DNA of 64,000 nt from Candidatus Altimarinota bacterium (lineage in GTDB: Bacteria; Patescibacteriota; Gracilibacteria; UBA1369), in the NCBI GenBank assembly GCA_963677745.1, contig OY782391.1, positions 672,001-736,000 on the forward strand, given 5' to 3'. The notes under the pieces are model-generated. The model searched no databases, was not told where the DNA came from, and worked only from the letters and a program-made list of their open reading frames with translations. Position 1 is the stretch's first letter; each line of letters opens with the position of its first letter. Shown piece after piece: positions 37,701 through 47,666 of the stretch. The position numbers and the translations under genes were made by a program.

Positions 37701-38030
37701 AGCCAGCAGCTCCATCACTTTCATTTGTCTTAAGCGGTCAACTTTGCTGGCGGAAACCACGTCCAGTTTTGAGTCAAACCCCCTGGCTTTAAAATCGGAC
37801 CAGATTTTCAGATCTTTTATCACCGCATCCGCTTCCTGACTGTTATTAACGATCCAGACTCCGCCATTAATCTTTTTCATATCCCTCAACGCGTCAACCA
37901 CGGTAAAAACCTTCGAGGAGTGGTTGGCCGATCCGGAAACGCTAAAAGCTTTTTTAGTTTCCAGCATATCCAAAACCCGTGCATTAAGTACGGTCGGCAA
38001 AAAGCGGATCAAATTGGCTATTTTGCTCAT
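34782..38030 (-). CDS. mfd: Transcription-repair coupling factor
   Basis: GDYVVH.DHGIG (RID), MDRLVCGDVGFGKTEVA, DEEQRFG, QLRGRVGR, TRCF C-terminus. Confidence 0.97.
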   Translation of the reverse strand: MSKIANLIRFLPTVLNARVLDMLETKKAFSVSGSANHSSKVFTVVDALRDMKKINGGVWIVNNSQEADAVIKDLKIWSDFKARGFDSKLDVVSASKVDRLRQMKVMELLAELRNTERRFLVLPYFELLKRVPDLEWVEKATLVLEQGKAISLMSFYENLIGMGYELSEDAYLLRGTYHRTGDTLTIFPVNSDFPVRINLGFEEVESMEFFDRDSLQKEGVKTLKKLEIWPVLFEETDQLLVDTFRKDNLVVEDDLEIYDEFYEDWNANFNEVYNKNLVLSFVTFNEDESSHQHLHYLSVLKYRGVYDLVNDLKEKIKESWHVIIFTKHKREMQEILAENKLAFNEDLSQFGYGHFRLFLVEGDQDDNLPYAFQNPEIKLSVISDRDISTLQEEKKRAVNQKVFMDFLASLKSGDYVVHVDHGIGLFLGLEQRKIDDLTKEYLKIGYAENDKLFVPIDQADKVNKFIGADENPPKLTRLGSAEWNSITRKVKKETEQIAKELLAIYAERKSASGFSFKFFDKQMKLFEESFEYEDTPGQMRSTKDTLDDMCRDIPMDRLVCGDVGFGKTEVAMRAAYLAFLNKKQTALVSPITILADQHYRSFVKRMEPFKVRVEMLSRFRSASEQKKILEKLAKGEIDIIIGTHRLLQKDLVFKDLGLVIVDEEQRFGVKQKEVFKQTKADVDFLTLTATPIPRTLNIALNKLRDISTITTPPPGRLPVITEVRRFSLGLVREAILNEVKRHGQVYFLHNRVQTIDSLTEKLRVLVPEARFGVAHGQLGSGDLEERIVAFKDHQFDVLVSSTIIENGIDLANANTLIVNNAEKFGLAQLYQLRGRVGRSKRQAYAYFMYHGQRLKLDAKKRLKAIVEASELGSGFQIAMKDLEIRGAGDILGAKQHGVINVVGVSHFIRMLNKAVEDLKAGRVLREEEPEDVSVEIPISAFIPDHYITNTKEKVAMYQKLSAADSSQYLHDMKEDLISDYGALPPEVINFFKVIEMKISAKLAGVVSVKAESVYLTKDKEIILHMSNLVKPENIMNLLEYNHKWMISGNKLKIKLEDLGFQWVDELNACLKRLAEKVKMSAE

Positions 38031-38063
38031 TCTAAAACTTCGGTCTTTTCCACTAAGACTCCA

Positions 38064-39176
38064 TTAAATCTTTAGCGGCATTATGATGTACATATAAGTC
38101 TTTTCAGACTCTTTGGTTATCCTAATTACAGCAGGCGACAGCTTGTCGTCAAGCTCAATTGTTATTTCGTCGGCCAGAATAAAATTCAAAACGTCCAGCA
38201 GATATTGGGCGTTGAGAGCTATCTTGTTGTTTTCTCCTTCAACCTTTCCCGTAATTTCCGCCTTTTCTTCGCCCACCTTGGTCTCGTCGGTAGAGATGGT
38301 AAGTTTGCCGTCGTTGGTAACAGAGCATTTGATGTTATTGTTATTTTCCCTGGCAAACAGGGCCACCCTTCTCACCACCAGCGACAATTCATCGGTTTTT
38401 ACGTCCACCTTGGTCTTACTGGTGTGCGGAATGATCTTTTCATAATCGGGAAACTTTCCCTCAATCAGCCTGGAAACCATCCTGGTATCGCCGGCCACAA
38501 ACAGAATCTGGTTTTTGGAAACGGTAATTTCAATATCCTCGGCGGAAGATCTGGCAATAATTTTTCCCAGTTCCGAAACGGTCCTGGCGGGAACAATCGC
38601 CTGTAAATCAAACTCCACCTTCTCTTTTAACATCACTTTTTTCTCCGCCAATCTATAACTGTCTGTTGCCACCAGCTTTAAATGATCCTTTTTTAAATCA
38701 AACAGGATTCCCGATAAAACCGGTCTGGCCGTATTGGTGGCCGCAGCAAAAACAGTCTGACTGATAGCCACGTCAAACTCTTTCCTGGAAACACTGAAAA
38801 ACTGATCTTTACTTACCGAGGGAATTATTGGAAACTCTTCGGCCGAGATGCCTTTAATCTTGGTTTGTGAGCTGGCGGCCTTAATAAACAACGTATTACT
38901 CTCATCCACATAGAGCTCAACCTGGCTGTCTTTCAATAATGATACATAACTCATTAATAGTTTTGCTGGCACGGTAATGGCTCCCTCCGCCTTAATTTCC
39001 GCAGGAATAAAACACTGAATGGCGATTTCCAGGTTGGTTCCGGCAAAGTTAAGTTTTCCCCCTTCCGCCTTCAATAACACATTATTTAACACCGGCAGGG
39101 TGGTGTTTTGACTGATGGCCTTGCCGACAACGTTCAGGGCTGTGTCCAGATCCGATTGAGTGCAGATAAGTTTCAT
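38064..39176 (-). CDS. dnaN: DNA polymerase III beta clamp
   Basis: TLPVL.NVL, ATDSYRL, SRLIEGKFPDY, IMP C-terminus. Confidence 0.97.
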   Translation of the reverse strand: MKLICTQSDLDTALNVVGKAISQNTTLPVLNNVLLKAEGGKLNFAGTNLEIAIQCFIPAEIKAEGAITVPAKLLMSYVSLLKDSQVELYVDESNTLFIKAASSQTKIKGISAEEFPIIPSVSKDQFFSVSRKEFDVAISQTVFAAATNTARPVLSGILFDLKKDHLKLVATDSYRLAEKKVMLKEKVEFDLQAIVPARTVSELGKIIARSSAEDIEITVSKNQILFVAGDTRMVSRLIEGKFPDYEKIIPHTSKTKVDVKTDELSLVVRRVALFARENNNNIKCSVTNDGKLTISTDETKVGEEKAEITGKVEGENNKIALNAQYLLDVLNFILADEITIELDDKLSPAVIRITKESEKTYMYIIMPLKI

Positions 39177-39518
39177 TGGAATGTCTTAAGGTTACTGATT
39201 TTCCCGCCCATTATAGACTCCCGTTATTCCCTTTCAAGTCCATTACCAGGATTTCCACTTTTCAACATTACCAAACTTCCTGTTAATAGATTATTATTTC
39301 TCTTTAATTTATTTAAATAGTTATAGAGAGCACTTCACAAAATATAAATATTATTGTCTTTTGTGTTTAAAGATCTTTGATTAATCTTCCTTTTTTCCTT
39401 TTGATTCTATAAACAAATTCCAGAGAAACCCCAAACTAATGTTTAACAGTATAAAATTTTAACTTCTGTGCAAAAATAGTTTAAAATCTATTCAAAAGTA
39501 TAGATTTAATAAAATTTT

Positions 39519-40205
39519 ATGAACGTCTTTTTGCACCCGTCCCCCCGCTTTAAAAAATATTATATGGGAGCTTTCCTCTTGGCGCTGCTTGCTTTGGGGG
39601 TAACAGTATTGTTAATACAGGCTCACTATCAAACAGCCGAGGTGGGAAGTTACTGTAATATTAACGATTATTGGAACTGCGACCGGGTTAATAAAAGCAG
39701 TTTTGCCGAAATCTTGGGAATACCGGTCTCTATACTGGGATTTCTCTATTATTTGTTTGTCGCCGCTGTCTATTTCCTGGTTTTGAGGGGTTTCAATTTT
39801 TCCAAAAAACTACTGCCGATTACCCCGCGGTTTTTATTAATATCCCTGTCCGCAATCGGGGTAATCAGCTCCGCGGTTTTAGGGGTAATCGAATTTGACA
39901 TTCTTAAAGCCTGGTCCGCCGTAGCGGTGATTAAGGCGTTTGTTTTTATAGTTCTGTTTATCACTATATATAAATATGCGTCCGTAAAAAAGCACCCCGA
40001 ATCGGAGTTTTTGGGCTTTCTAACAGCTCTTTCCCTGTTTGGCGTGAACTTTTCCCTGTATTTAACCGGTATTGAGCTGTTTGTTCTACAGGCCTTCTGT
40101 ATTTTCTGCCTGACCCAGCAGATCATTATTCTGATCATCGCCGTTATTAATTTTATCGTCTTAAAAAAAAGCAACCATGAGCACACCCTCCACGCCGGCT
40201 CCTAA
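39519..40205 (+). CDS. Vitamin K epoxide reductase (VKOR) family disulfide-formation protein
   Basis: C.IN..WNCD.V..S.FA...GIPVS and C-terminal CIFC. Confidence 0.9.
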   Translation: MNVFLHPSPRFKKYYMGAFLLALLALGVTVLLIQAHYQTAEVGSYCNINDYWNCDRVNKSSFAEILGIPVSILGFLYYLFVAAVYFLVLRGFNFSKKLLPITPRFLLISLSAIGVISSAVLGVIEFDILKAWSAVAVIKAFVFIVLFITIYKYASVKKHPESEFLGFLTALSLFGVNFSLYLTGIELFVLQAFCIFCLTQQIIILIIAVINFIVLKKSNHEHTLHAGS

Positions 40206-41148
40206 AAAAAGGTCTCCCGAGTCTTTGGAACAAAGACAAAAAGACCGCGCCGCAGAAGAAGAAATTTCCGGTTTGTCAGCGGAAGAAAGGAAAAAGCGGC
40301 AGGAGGAGCAGAGGCTTAAATATGAAAAAGAAAAAGCGGAAATAAAAAAGAGCCTCTACGGAGATCTGGCAACCGAAAAACCGGCCGCTTCGTCTGACCA
40401 AAAACCGGAAAGACCTGAAGAGTCAAAAAAGCCCAAAAGCAATGAACAGAAAGAAAAAGAAGACCGGGAAAACTTCAAAAAGTTGTTTGACGCCGCCGTC
40501 GAAAACATCAAATCAAAAAAAGCCTTTCGTTTTGAAGGCATAGACGCGGATAATCTGGGTAGACCGGCCTCCCATCTGGCCACCATGACAGCCCTTCTGG
40601 ACCATTCCCAAAAAGGAGAAAAGAAACCCGAAGATATCTGGAAAAGAGTGGAAAACAAGCAGGCTAAACTTGGACAGATCGGTCTGCAGGTGGAAATCGA
40701 CATGGGAGAGCAAAAGAACAGTAATCTGGGGTTGACCAATTTGAAAATGGAAATTTCCCTGGAATCCCTGATGAACGGCGGGTTCATTGAAAAAATGACC
40801 CGTTTTACCAATCTGGCTTTTTTTGCAGCCCATCTCCATTCTCGTCAGCAAAAGGAGGCACCACAAGCGTTTGAAGTGCCACAGCCCGCTTCTTCCAAAA
40901 AACAGAAGACGCCGCTGGAACAAGACGTGGAAAAGAATTATAAAAATTACGGAATTACATCCGTCGCGGACAAAGGCGGCCTGGAAAACACGGACGCTCT
41001 GTTTGAACAGGGTCGTACCGACACGGTTGCTTTTTCCTTCAAAAACGGCGCGGTCTGGGGAACTTTGGACACGCAAGGCGCCCCCGCCGATCCGCAGAAA
41101 CTTCAGGAAGCCGTCGATAAGTTACCAAAAGAAAAACATGAAAGATAA
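40177..41148 (+). CDS. Hypothetical charged protein
   Basis: 323-aa ORF overlapping its neighbours in an operon. Confidence 0.7.
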   Translation: MSTPSTPAPKKRSPESLEQRQKDRAAEEEISGLSAEERKKRQEEQRLKYEKEKAEIKKSLYGDLATEKPAASSDQKPERPEESKKPKSNEQKEKEDRENFKKLFDAAVENIKSKKAFRFEGIDADNLGRPASHLATMTALLDHSQKGEKKPEDIWKRVENKQAKLGQIGLQVEIDMGEQKNSNLGLTNLKMEISLESLMNGGFIEKMTRFTNLAFFAAHLHSRQQKEAPQAFEVPQPASSKKQKTPLEQDVEKNYKNYGITSVADKGGLENTDALFEQGRTDTVAFSFKNGAVWGTLDTQGAPADPQKLQEAVDKLPKEKHER

Positions 41149-42082
41149 AAACCCCGCCGCGCCCCGCCCCCTTATCAATGGCTCGGCCTATCCGCGAATC
41201 GGTCTGGCCCTGGGGTCTGGAGCGGCCAAAGCCATCTGTCAGTTCGGCATATTAAAAAGGCTGACGGAAAACAATATTCCTATCAGTTATATAACCGGAT
41301 CCAGCATGGGGGCTATTCTGGGAGGGGTTTATGCCCTGGGACTGGATCTTGATCTGGCTATCGAAAAAGCCTTCCGTTACGCCGAAGCGACCAATATCAA
41401 CAACCTGAACAACTTTAACTTTTTCCACGAAAGTCTTTATAAAAATGACTATACGGAAAACCTGCTCACCGAACTTTTTGCCGACTTCAATTTTGAAGAT
41501 TGTAAAATTCCTTTCAGCGTTACCACTGTGGATTTGGAAGCGGGCGGCGTGGTGGTTCTGGACAAAGGACCTCTTGTCCCCGCTATTCGGGCTTCCACGT
41601 CCATCCCCGGGATTTTTGCGCCTGCCTTAATTAACGGAAAATATCTGGTGGACGGCGGGCTGCTGGAAGACTGTCCGGTCACAACCGTCAGAGAGAGGGG
41701 TCAGTGTGATTTACTGATTGGTTCCTATATTAAAGACCTCAAGGACCGGCAGTTCATTTCCGCTTTTATTTATAATAAATTTTATAAAAGAAAGAAAAAA
41801 ACCAACATTATCAGCCAAACAATCAACGAGGCGAAAGAAAATATGAATTTGCTGAGCGGGATTGTCTTAAGGTCACTTGATATCCTTCGCGCGGAACTCT
41901 GGAAATACAAAAAAAGCGAAGCCCGCCCCGACCTGATTATCGAAATAAACGTGGAAAAAGTCAGCCTTTTTGACTTTAAAAAAATTAAAAACCTGGTCAG
42001 AGAGGGCGAAAAGGCTTTTGACTCGCAATTCGTACGGCTGGCGGCCTTGATAGAAGGCAAAAAGAAAGAGTTGAACGGATAG
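41138..42082 (+). CDS. Patatin-like phospholipase
   Basis: LALGSGAAK, GSSMG nucleophile motif, DGG; start MKDKN. Confidence 0.92.
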   Translation: MKDKNPAAPRPLINGSAYPRIGLALGSGAAKAICQFGILKRLTENNIPISYITGSSMGAILGGVYALGLDLDLAIEKAFRYAEATNINNLNNFNFFHESLYKNDYTENLLTELFADFNFEDCKIPFSVTTVDLEAGGVVVLDKGPLVPAIRASTSIPGIFAPALINGKYLVDGGLLEDCPVTTVRERGQCDLLIGSYIKDLKDRQFISAFIYNKFYKRKKKTNIISQTINEAKENMNLLSGIVLRSLDILRAELWKYKKSEARPDLIIEINVEKVSLFDFKKIKNLVREGEKAFDSQFVRLAALIEGKKKELNG

Positions 42083-42138
42083 TCCGAAAATGCTAATTTG
42101 TAGAAGCAAAAAGTCAAAATAACACCTAATAACAAACA

Positions 42139-42786
42139 ATGTCAGTCAAACCTCTTTTAGCCCTTCTGGCCGCTTCCTCTGTGCTTTTTCTGTCTGCCTG
42201 CCAGCCGGCCACCGACGGCAATCTGTACGGATATGATTTCAGCGGGGCCAGGATCACTTATAAAATCAGCGGGTCCAGTGAGGGGAAAAGTGATGTCCTG
42301 ATTAAAGGTGAGAAAAAATACATTCATAATCAGAGCGTTCAGAAAAAAGCCAACGGAGAAACTTCGGAAGTGGACAACATAATAATTCTTGACGGCAGCA
42401 AACTATATTCCCTGGACCCGAAAACCAAAACGGGATCGATGATTACCCAGCCTTATTATAGTGATCTGATAAAACTCACTCCTGAAGAAAGAAAACAAAA
42501 AATGCTGACGGACGCCATTAACGACAACCGGACTCCCGAAGAACAACAGAAGAATCCCCTTCTCCCGACCGGAACGGAAGTGGTGGCCGGACAAAAATGC
42601 GATACTTACAAAAGCGGAAACATCGAAACCTGCCTCTGGCAGGCTATCCCCCTGAGAACGGTTGTATCAATGCCTGATTATGGAATAGAGACTACCACGC
42701 TGGCTACCAATATTGATCTTAGCCAAACCATAGCAGACAGTGAATTTGCCGTACCCTCGGATTATAAAATCACTGAACTGAATTAA
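42139..42786 (+). CDS. Lipoprotein (DUF4412/LolA-like fold possible)
   Basis: Lipobox LSAC; G.E.VAG.KC..Y; EF.VP.DY C-terminus. Confidence 0.7.
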   Translation: MSVKPLLALLAASSVLFLSACQPATDGNLYGYDFSGARITYKISGSSEGKSDVLIKGEKKYIHNQSVQKKANGETSEVDNIIILDGSKLYSLDPKTKTGSMITQPYYSDLIKLTPEERKQKMLTDAINDNRTPEEQQKNPLLPTGTEVVAGQKCDTYKSGNIETCLWQAIPLRTVVSMPDYGIETTTLATNIDLSQTIADSEFAVPSDYKITELN

Positions 42787-42789
42787 TAA

Positions 42790-44349
42790 ATGAGCCTCCC
42801 CACACTTTTACTGTACCTAACCGCGGTCTTTGCCCTGGGCATCGTGCTGGGCTTTTATTTCATCAAAATCAGGCCCCGGCAGGACCTGGCCCAGTCGCGC
42901 AAACAGGCTCAAAAGCTGCTCTTTGAAGCCCAGACCGAAAGCCTGTCTTTCAAAACCCGCAGCCTCCAGCAGGTAGAAAGGTTTAAAGCGTCCTTTACCG
43001 AATATGAGAAAAGGTTCGAGTTTCAGAGCCAGAAAATTGAAAAAAACGTCCAGAATCTGGAAATCCGCAGTACTGCCAGGGAAGACGACAACCGGAAAAT
43101 ACAAACCGTGCTGGAGTCCGAACAAAACGAATTGATCCGGCTGGCCAATGAAGCCCGCGAGATAAAAACACAGATAGCGCCGCTTTTGGCAAAAACCGCC
43201 GGCTGTTCGGAAGACCAGATTAAAACCGACTTGCTGGAAGACCTGGACCGGGATTTGGAATTGGCCAAAGAAACGCGCCTCAGTAAACTGGTCGACTATA
43301 CCACCGAGCACTCCCCTCTGATTGCCAAAAATCTTTTGATTGAAGCTATTCATCGGTACAGCGCTCCCACCTCGGTGGAAAAAAAGAGCCTGGTGGTGCC
43401 GATTAACCGCAATGAAACCAAAGCCAGAATAATCGGCAAGAACTGTGAAATTCTGACTTATTTGGAAGACCGGCTGGGCGTAAATATAGTATTCGACGAT
43501 GCCAAGGAGGGCATCAGCATCTCCCATTATGATCTGGTAAAAAAACATGTTGCCCGGGAAACCATCCTCAAGCTTATCAAAGATCGCGTAGTCGACTTGG
43601 ACAGGGTGAAAAAGAGACTGGAGGAGTCGGTGGCAGAAACCAAAGCCCTGCTCTATGAAGTCGGTGACAAGGTGGTCAAAAAACTGAATCTGGAATACCG
43701 GCACTTTCCCAGGGAATTCAAGGAAATCCTCGGCCGGTTGAAGTTCCGCACCAGTTATGGACAAAATATCCTCAAACACTGTTTTGAGGTGGGATATTTT
43801 ACCCTGCTTTTGGGAAACGAATTGAATTTAAACGAAGAGGTTTGTAAGATCGGCGGTTTCTTCCACGATCTGGGTAAAGCAATTGACCAGGAAGACGGCC
43901 GGCCGCACGACGTTTTAACCAAAGAGATCATGGAAAAATTCCAGATCTTTTCTTTGGAGGAAATTCATGCCGCCTGGACGCACCATGACGCTGTGCCGAT
44001 TGAAACCGCGGAAGCCCTGCTGGTGAAAGCCGGAGATGCCATTTCGGCCGGCCGGCCCGGCGCCCGCCAGGAAACCATCGAAAAATACCTGGCCCGGGTG
44101 ATGGCTCTGGAAAGTATCGCCAACTCTTATGAAGGAATCAACAAGGCCTATGCCATTTCCGGCGGGCGCGAACTGCGCGTCCTGGTTGATCCCAAGCAGC
44201 TGGAAGACGAAAATCTGCCCGAGTTGGCGGCCGAGATTGCCCAGGAAATTGAGGCAAACGTTGCCTATCCGGGACAGATCAAAATAAACGTGATCAGGCG
44301 CGTCCAGCACAATCGCACCATCAAGGATAAATCCAAAAAGAAACAATGA
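42790..44349 (+). CDS. rny: Ribonuclease Y
   Basis: TM helix, coiled coil, KH domain, RTSYGQN.L.H, HDLGKA, DAISA.RPGAR, YPGQIK. Confidence 0.93.
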   Translation: MSLPTLLLYLTAVFALGIVLGFYFIKIRPRQDLAQSRKQAQKLLFEAQTESLSFKTRSLQQVERFKASFTEYEKRFEFQSQKIEKNVQNLEIRSTAREDDNRKIQTVLESEQNELIRLANEAREIKTQIAPLLAKTAGCSEDQIKTDLLEDLDRDLELAKETRLSKLVDYTTEHSPLIAKNLLIEAIHRYSAPTSVEKKSLVVPINRNETKARIIGKNCEILTYLEDRLGVNIVFDDAKEGISISHYDLVKKHVARETILKLIKDRVVDLDRVKKRLEESVAETKALLYEVGDKVVKKLNLEYRHFPREFKEILGRLKFRTSYGQNILKHCFEVGYFTLLLGNELNLNEEVCKIGGFFHDLGKAIDQEDGRPHDVLTKEIMEKFQIFSLEEIHAAWTHHDAVPIETAEALLVKAGDAISAGRPGARQETIEKYLARVMALESIANSYEGINKAYAISGGRELRVLVDPKQLEDENLPELAAEIAQEIEANVAYPGQIKINVIRRVQHNRTIKDKSKKKQ

Positions 44350-45278
44350 TCCATGATCTGGCTATTATTGGTACCGGGCCGGCCGGAATTTCGGCGGCTA
44401 TTTATGCGGCACGCGGACAGCTTTCCACAGCTATTTTCGGCGATGAGACCAAAGGCGGGCTGGCCCGTGCTCACGTAATTTCCAATTATTTCGGGGTGGC
44501 GGGAAATCCCGCCGGCCCTGAATTGATCAAGACCGGGTTGGACCAGGCTGTTGCTTTCGGGGCTGAACACCGCCGGGAAGAAATAGTCGACCTGTCGTTG
44601 CAGGAAGACGGTCTTTTTTTACTTAAAAGCGCCAACCATAACTCTTACCGGTCGCGAACGGTTATTATTGCCACCGGACAAAGTCTGCTGCTGGCAGGTA
44701 TTCGCGAAGAGAGGGAGTTCGCCGGAAGAGGGGTTTCCTATTGCGTGACCTGTGACGGTTATTTTTATAAAAACAAGCCAGTGGTGGTGGTGGGCAACGG
44801 CGACTATGCGGCCGAAGAAGCATTACAGCTTTCCGCCTACAGTTCGGATATCACTATTTTAAGCCACGGAAAGCCTTTCCGGATCGGGGATGATTTTCTC
44901 CGTGAATTGCAGAATAAAAAAATCAGCCTGCTGGTAACCCCCAAACTGGCCTCTTTTTCAGGGGAAAACGCTCTCGAAAAAATTACTTTCACCTCTCCCC
45001 TGTCCGACGGCCGGGATTCGTTGACTACGCAGGGTGCTTTTATGGCAATCGGGATGGCGGGGGCCAACGCTTTTGCTAAAAAACTCGGATTGGAGATGAA
45101 TGGGAGCTATATCAAAACTGACCAAGACGGCAAGACCAATATAAAAGGCCTCTTTGCCGCAGGCGACTGCACAGGTGCTCCCGCCCAGGTTGCGGCCAGC
45201 GTCGGTAATGGTTGCAATGCCGCTCTCGCTGCAATAAAATTAATCCGCGGTTTAAACAGCTACATACAGTATAATTAA
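44346..45278 (+). CDS. trxB: Thioredoxin-disulfide reductase
   Basis: GTGPAG, GVSYCVTCDG, GLFAAGD. Confidence 0.9.
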   Translation: MIHDLAIIGTGPAGISAAIYAARGQLSTAIFGDETKGGLARAHVISNYFGVAGNPAGPELIKTGLDQAVAFGAEHRREEIVDLSLQEDGLFLLKSANHNSYRSRTVIIATGQSLLLAGIREEREFAGRGVSYCVTCDGYFYKNKPVVVVGNGDYAAEEALQLSAYSSDITILSHGKPFRIGDDFLRELQNKKISLLVTPKLASFSGENALEKITFTSPLSDGRDSLTTQGAFMAIGMAGANAFAKKLGLEMNGSYIKTDQDGKTNIKGLFAAGDCTGAPAQVAASVGNGCNAALAAIKLIRGLNSYIQYN

Positions 45279-45282
45279 ATTT

Positions 45283-45579
45283 ATGTTTGGATTTAAAAAG
45301 AAAGAAAAAAAACAGAACCATTTGGACAAAGTATTGATGGGACTGGTTGTGGGAGGTGCTATAGGCTCGGTTTTAGGCGTAGGACTGGCTCCGAAAAAAG
45401 GCAGTGAGACGCGCAAAGAGCTTTCCAAACACACAGGAACGGTCTACAAAAAAGCCCGCAAATCACTTTTTGGAATGATGGGAAAGGTCTTCCGGCCGAA
45501 GGAAAACCATCGTCAGACAAGCTCCCACTCCGCACAGACGGCCACCAATAACGGTAAAAAACCTTCGGGACAGAAATAA
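45283..45579 (+). CDS. YtxH-domain small protein
   Basis: G..VGGAIG......LAPKKGSETRK. Confidence 0.85.
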   Translation: MFGFKKKEKKQNHLDKVLMGLVVGGAIGSVLGVGLAPKKGSETRKELSKHTGTVYKKARKSLFGMMGKVFRPKENHRQTSSHSAQTATNNGKKPSGQK

Positions 45580-45588
45580 TTTCAACAC

Positions 45589-47637
45589 ATGGGAAAAAAG
45601 AAAAACAGGAAAATAGCCAAAAGCAAAACGGGAAAAAAGGCCAAAAAACTGCAAAAAAAGCACTTTAATAAAACGGTCTCCCCTGAACTTCACAAAGAAA
45701 AGGAGCAGAAAGCTTTGATTCCCGCTGCCAAGATCACGCCCGCCGCCGCAACAACATTTTCCAAAAAACTGGAGGAGGTAATTGCCGAGAACGAAACTGA
45801 AACCAAAAAAGGTCTATTCGGCGGAAAAATAATTTTTCTCGGTCCCCCCGGTGAATATCTGCAAAAAGACTGGAAGGCTCTCTGGAAAAGGTTCACCAGA
45901 GGACTGGTCAGATTTCTGGTTATTTTTGTTATACTGCTTGTCTGTGCCGGAGCAGCTTTGACGGTCGAGGCGTTTGCCAACGGCCGTGTTTACCCGCGGG
46001 TTGCCTTGTCGCAACAGCAATATGGACTGTTGCCCGCTGCCGAAGCCAATTCCAAGCTTATACAAAATATTAACGATTATCAGAAAACCGGCCTTACGTT
46101 TATTTATGGGAAGGAAAAACAAAATCTGTCGCTGGAAGATTTGAAAATTGTGCTGCTCCCCGATCAGACGGTTGAACAGTTACCCGTCTTCAATCTTAAA
46201 CAAAACGGTTTTTTTGAACTTGTCTATTCCCTCTTCAGTGAAAAAAACATTATACCGATATCGAAAAAAGATGACCGGCTTATTTTCAACACGGTTGAAC
46301 AGAAACTGAAACTCAATGAAAAGAGGGCGCGGCCCGCCTCTTTCTATTTGGATGACAAAAAGAATCTGCAGATCAAGGCTGAACAGTCCGGAATTGTTAT
46401 CAATCAGGCTGCCCTGCTGCAGGACTTGAATAGCCGGTTGATCACCCTTAGCAACGAGCCGATCGAAATTAAAACATTACAGGAACTTCCGGCCGTTACC
46501 TTTGCCGATTTGGACAAAGAAAAGGAAGACCTGCTCTTAAAATTCGAAAATCAAATTTCCATCAAGAGCGGTAAACAGGTCTGGAAATTCAATCCGCTTA
46601 ACCATCTGGACAACCTGACCTTCCGCAAGGAAAATGATCAGATTGTAGTACTGGTCTCCCCTGCCCTGGTCAGCGGTTTTTTCCAGGAAAAGGTCTTTTC
46701 CATGGTTGAAAAACCCGTGTCCCCCCTCAAAATTTTCTATAACGAAAAAGGGGAAGTTGTTTTTGAGGGAAAGGCTTTGGACGGAGAAGAGGTTAACAAA
46801 AAGAAATTTGTGAAGGATTTGGAGATGGCCATCAACTCCCTGGACAATGAACTGGAACTGTTGGTGGAAAAAAAGAAGGCGACACTGGAAATTGACCCCA
46901 AACTTCAGGAGCTTGGCATAAGGGAACTTCTGGGCACCGGTCATACTTCATTTTCCGGCTCTCCCGCCAACCGCCGTCATAATATCAAAAACGGCATGTC
47001 CAAGTTTAACGGCGTGCTGATCAAACCGGGGGAAGAGTTTTCCTTCAATACAATTCTGGGCGAAGTGGACGGTTCAACCGGTTATAAACTGGAACTGGTA
47101 ATCAAGGCGGAAGGAACCGTGCCGGAATACGGAGGCGGCATCTGCCAGGTGTCTTCAACCATGTACAAGGCCGCGCTGTTTGCGGGACTGCCGATTGTGG
47201 AAAGGGCTCCGCATTCCTACGCCGTCAGTTATTATGCGCAGATCGACGGGTACGGACTGGACTCAACCATTTACCCGGGAGTCAGGGACCTCAGATTTAC
47301 CAACGACACATCCTCCTCCATCCTCATTCAGACTTTTGTGGACGGAGATCATGCCTACATCAACTTCTTCGGAACCGGTGACGGGCGCCAGGTCCGCCTC
47401 GAAAACTACTGGCGCGGCAATTACCGCGGTGCCGGCGGAACCCAGTTGATTCCCACCAAAACACTCCCGCCTGGCGCCCGCAAGCAGATTGAATCGGCCC
47501 ACGGCGGATTCGACGCCAGCTGGGACCGCATCATTACCAAAAACGGAGTGGAAACCAGGGAAAAAATCTACAGCGTCTACCGCGCCACCTCCAACCGCAT
47601 TCTGGTCGGCGAAGGCGCTGCCCCGGCTACTCCCTGA
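45589..47637 (+). CDS. VanW-family protein
   Basis: R.HNI, PGEEFSFN..LG, GGG.CQVSST.Y, ER.PHS, D.TIY, DLRF.N. Confidence 0.92.
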   Translation: MGKKKNRKIAKSKTGKKAKKLQKKHFNKTVSPELHKEKEQKALIPAAKITPAAATTFSKKLEEVIAENETETKKGLFGGKIIFLGPPGEYLQKDWKALWKRFTRGLVRFLVIFVILLVCAGAALTVEAFANGRVYPRVALSQQQYGLLPAAEANSKLIQNINDYQKTGLTFIYGKEKQNLSLEDLKIVLLPDQTVEQLPVFNLKQNGFFELVYSLFSEKNIIPISKKDDRLIFNTVEQKLKLNEKRARPASFYLDDKKNLQIKAEQSGIVINQAALLQDLNSRLITLSNEPIEIKTLQELPAVTFADLDKEKEDLLLKFENQISIKSGKQVWKFNPLNHLDNLTFRKENDQIVVLVSPALVSGFFQEKVFSMVEKPVSPLKIFYNEKGEVVFEGKALDGEEVNKKKFVKDLEMAINSLDNELELLVEKKKATLEIDPKLQELGIRELLGTGHTSFSGSPANRRHNIKNGMSKFNGVLIKPGEEFSFNTILGEVDGSTGYKLELVIKAEGTVPEYGGGICQVSSTMYKAALFAGLPIVERAPHSYAVSYYAQIDGYGLDSTIYPGVRDLRFTNDTSSSILIQTFVDGDHAYINFFGTGDGRQVRLENYWRGNYRGAGGTQLIPTKTLPPGARKQIESAHGGFDASWDRIITKNGVETREKIYSVYRATSNRILVGEGAAPATP

Positions 47638-47666
47638 TCAGCCGCAATTCTCCCGGCTACCCGTCA

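Noticed and set aside
40823-41137. Long N-terminal extension of the patatin ORF (similarly queG 60456-60596)
   Set aside because: Overlaps the upstream gene in another frame; downstream ATGs fit the family length
42817-43779. 320-aa minus-strand ORF
   Set aside because: Antisense shadow of rny
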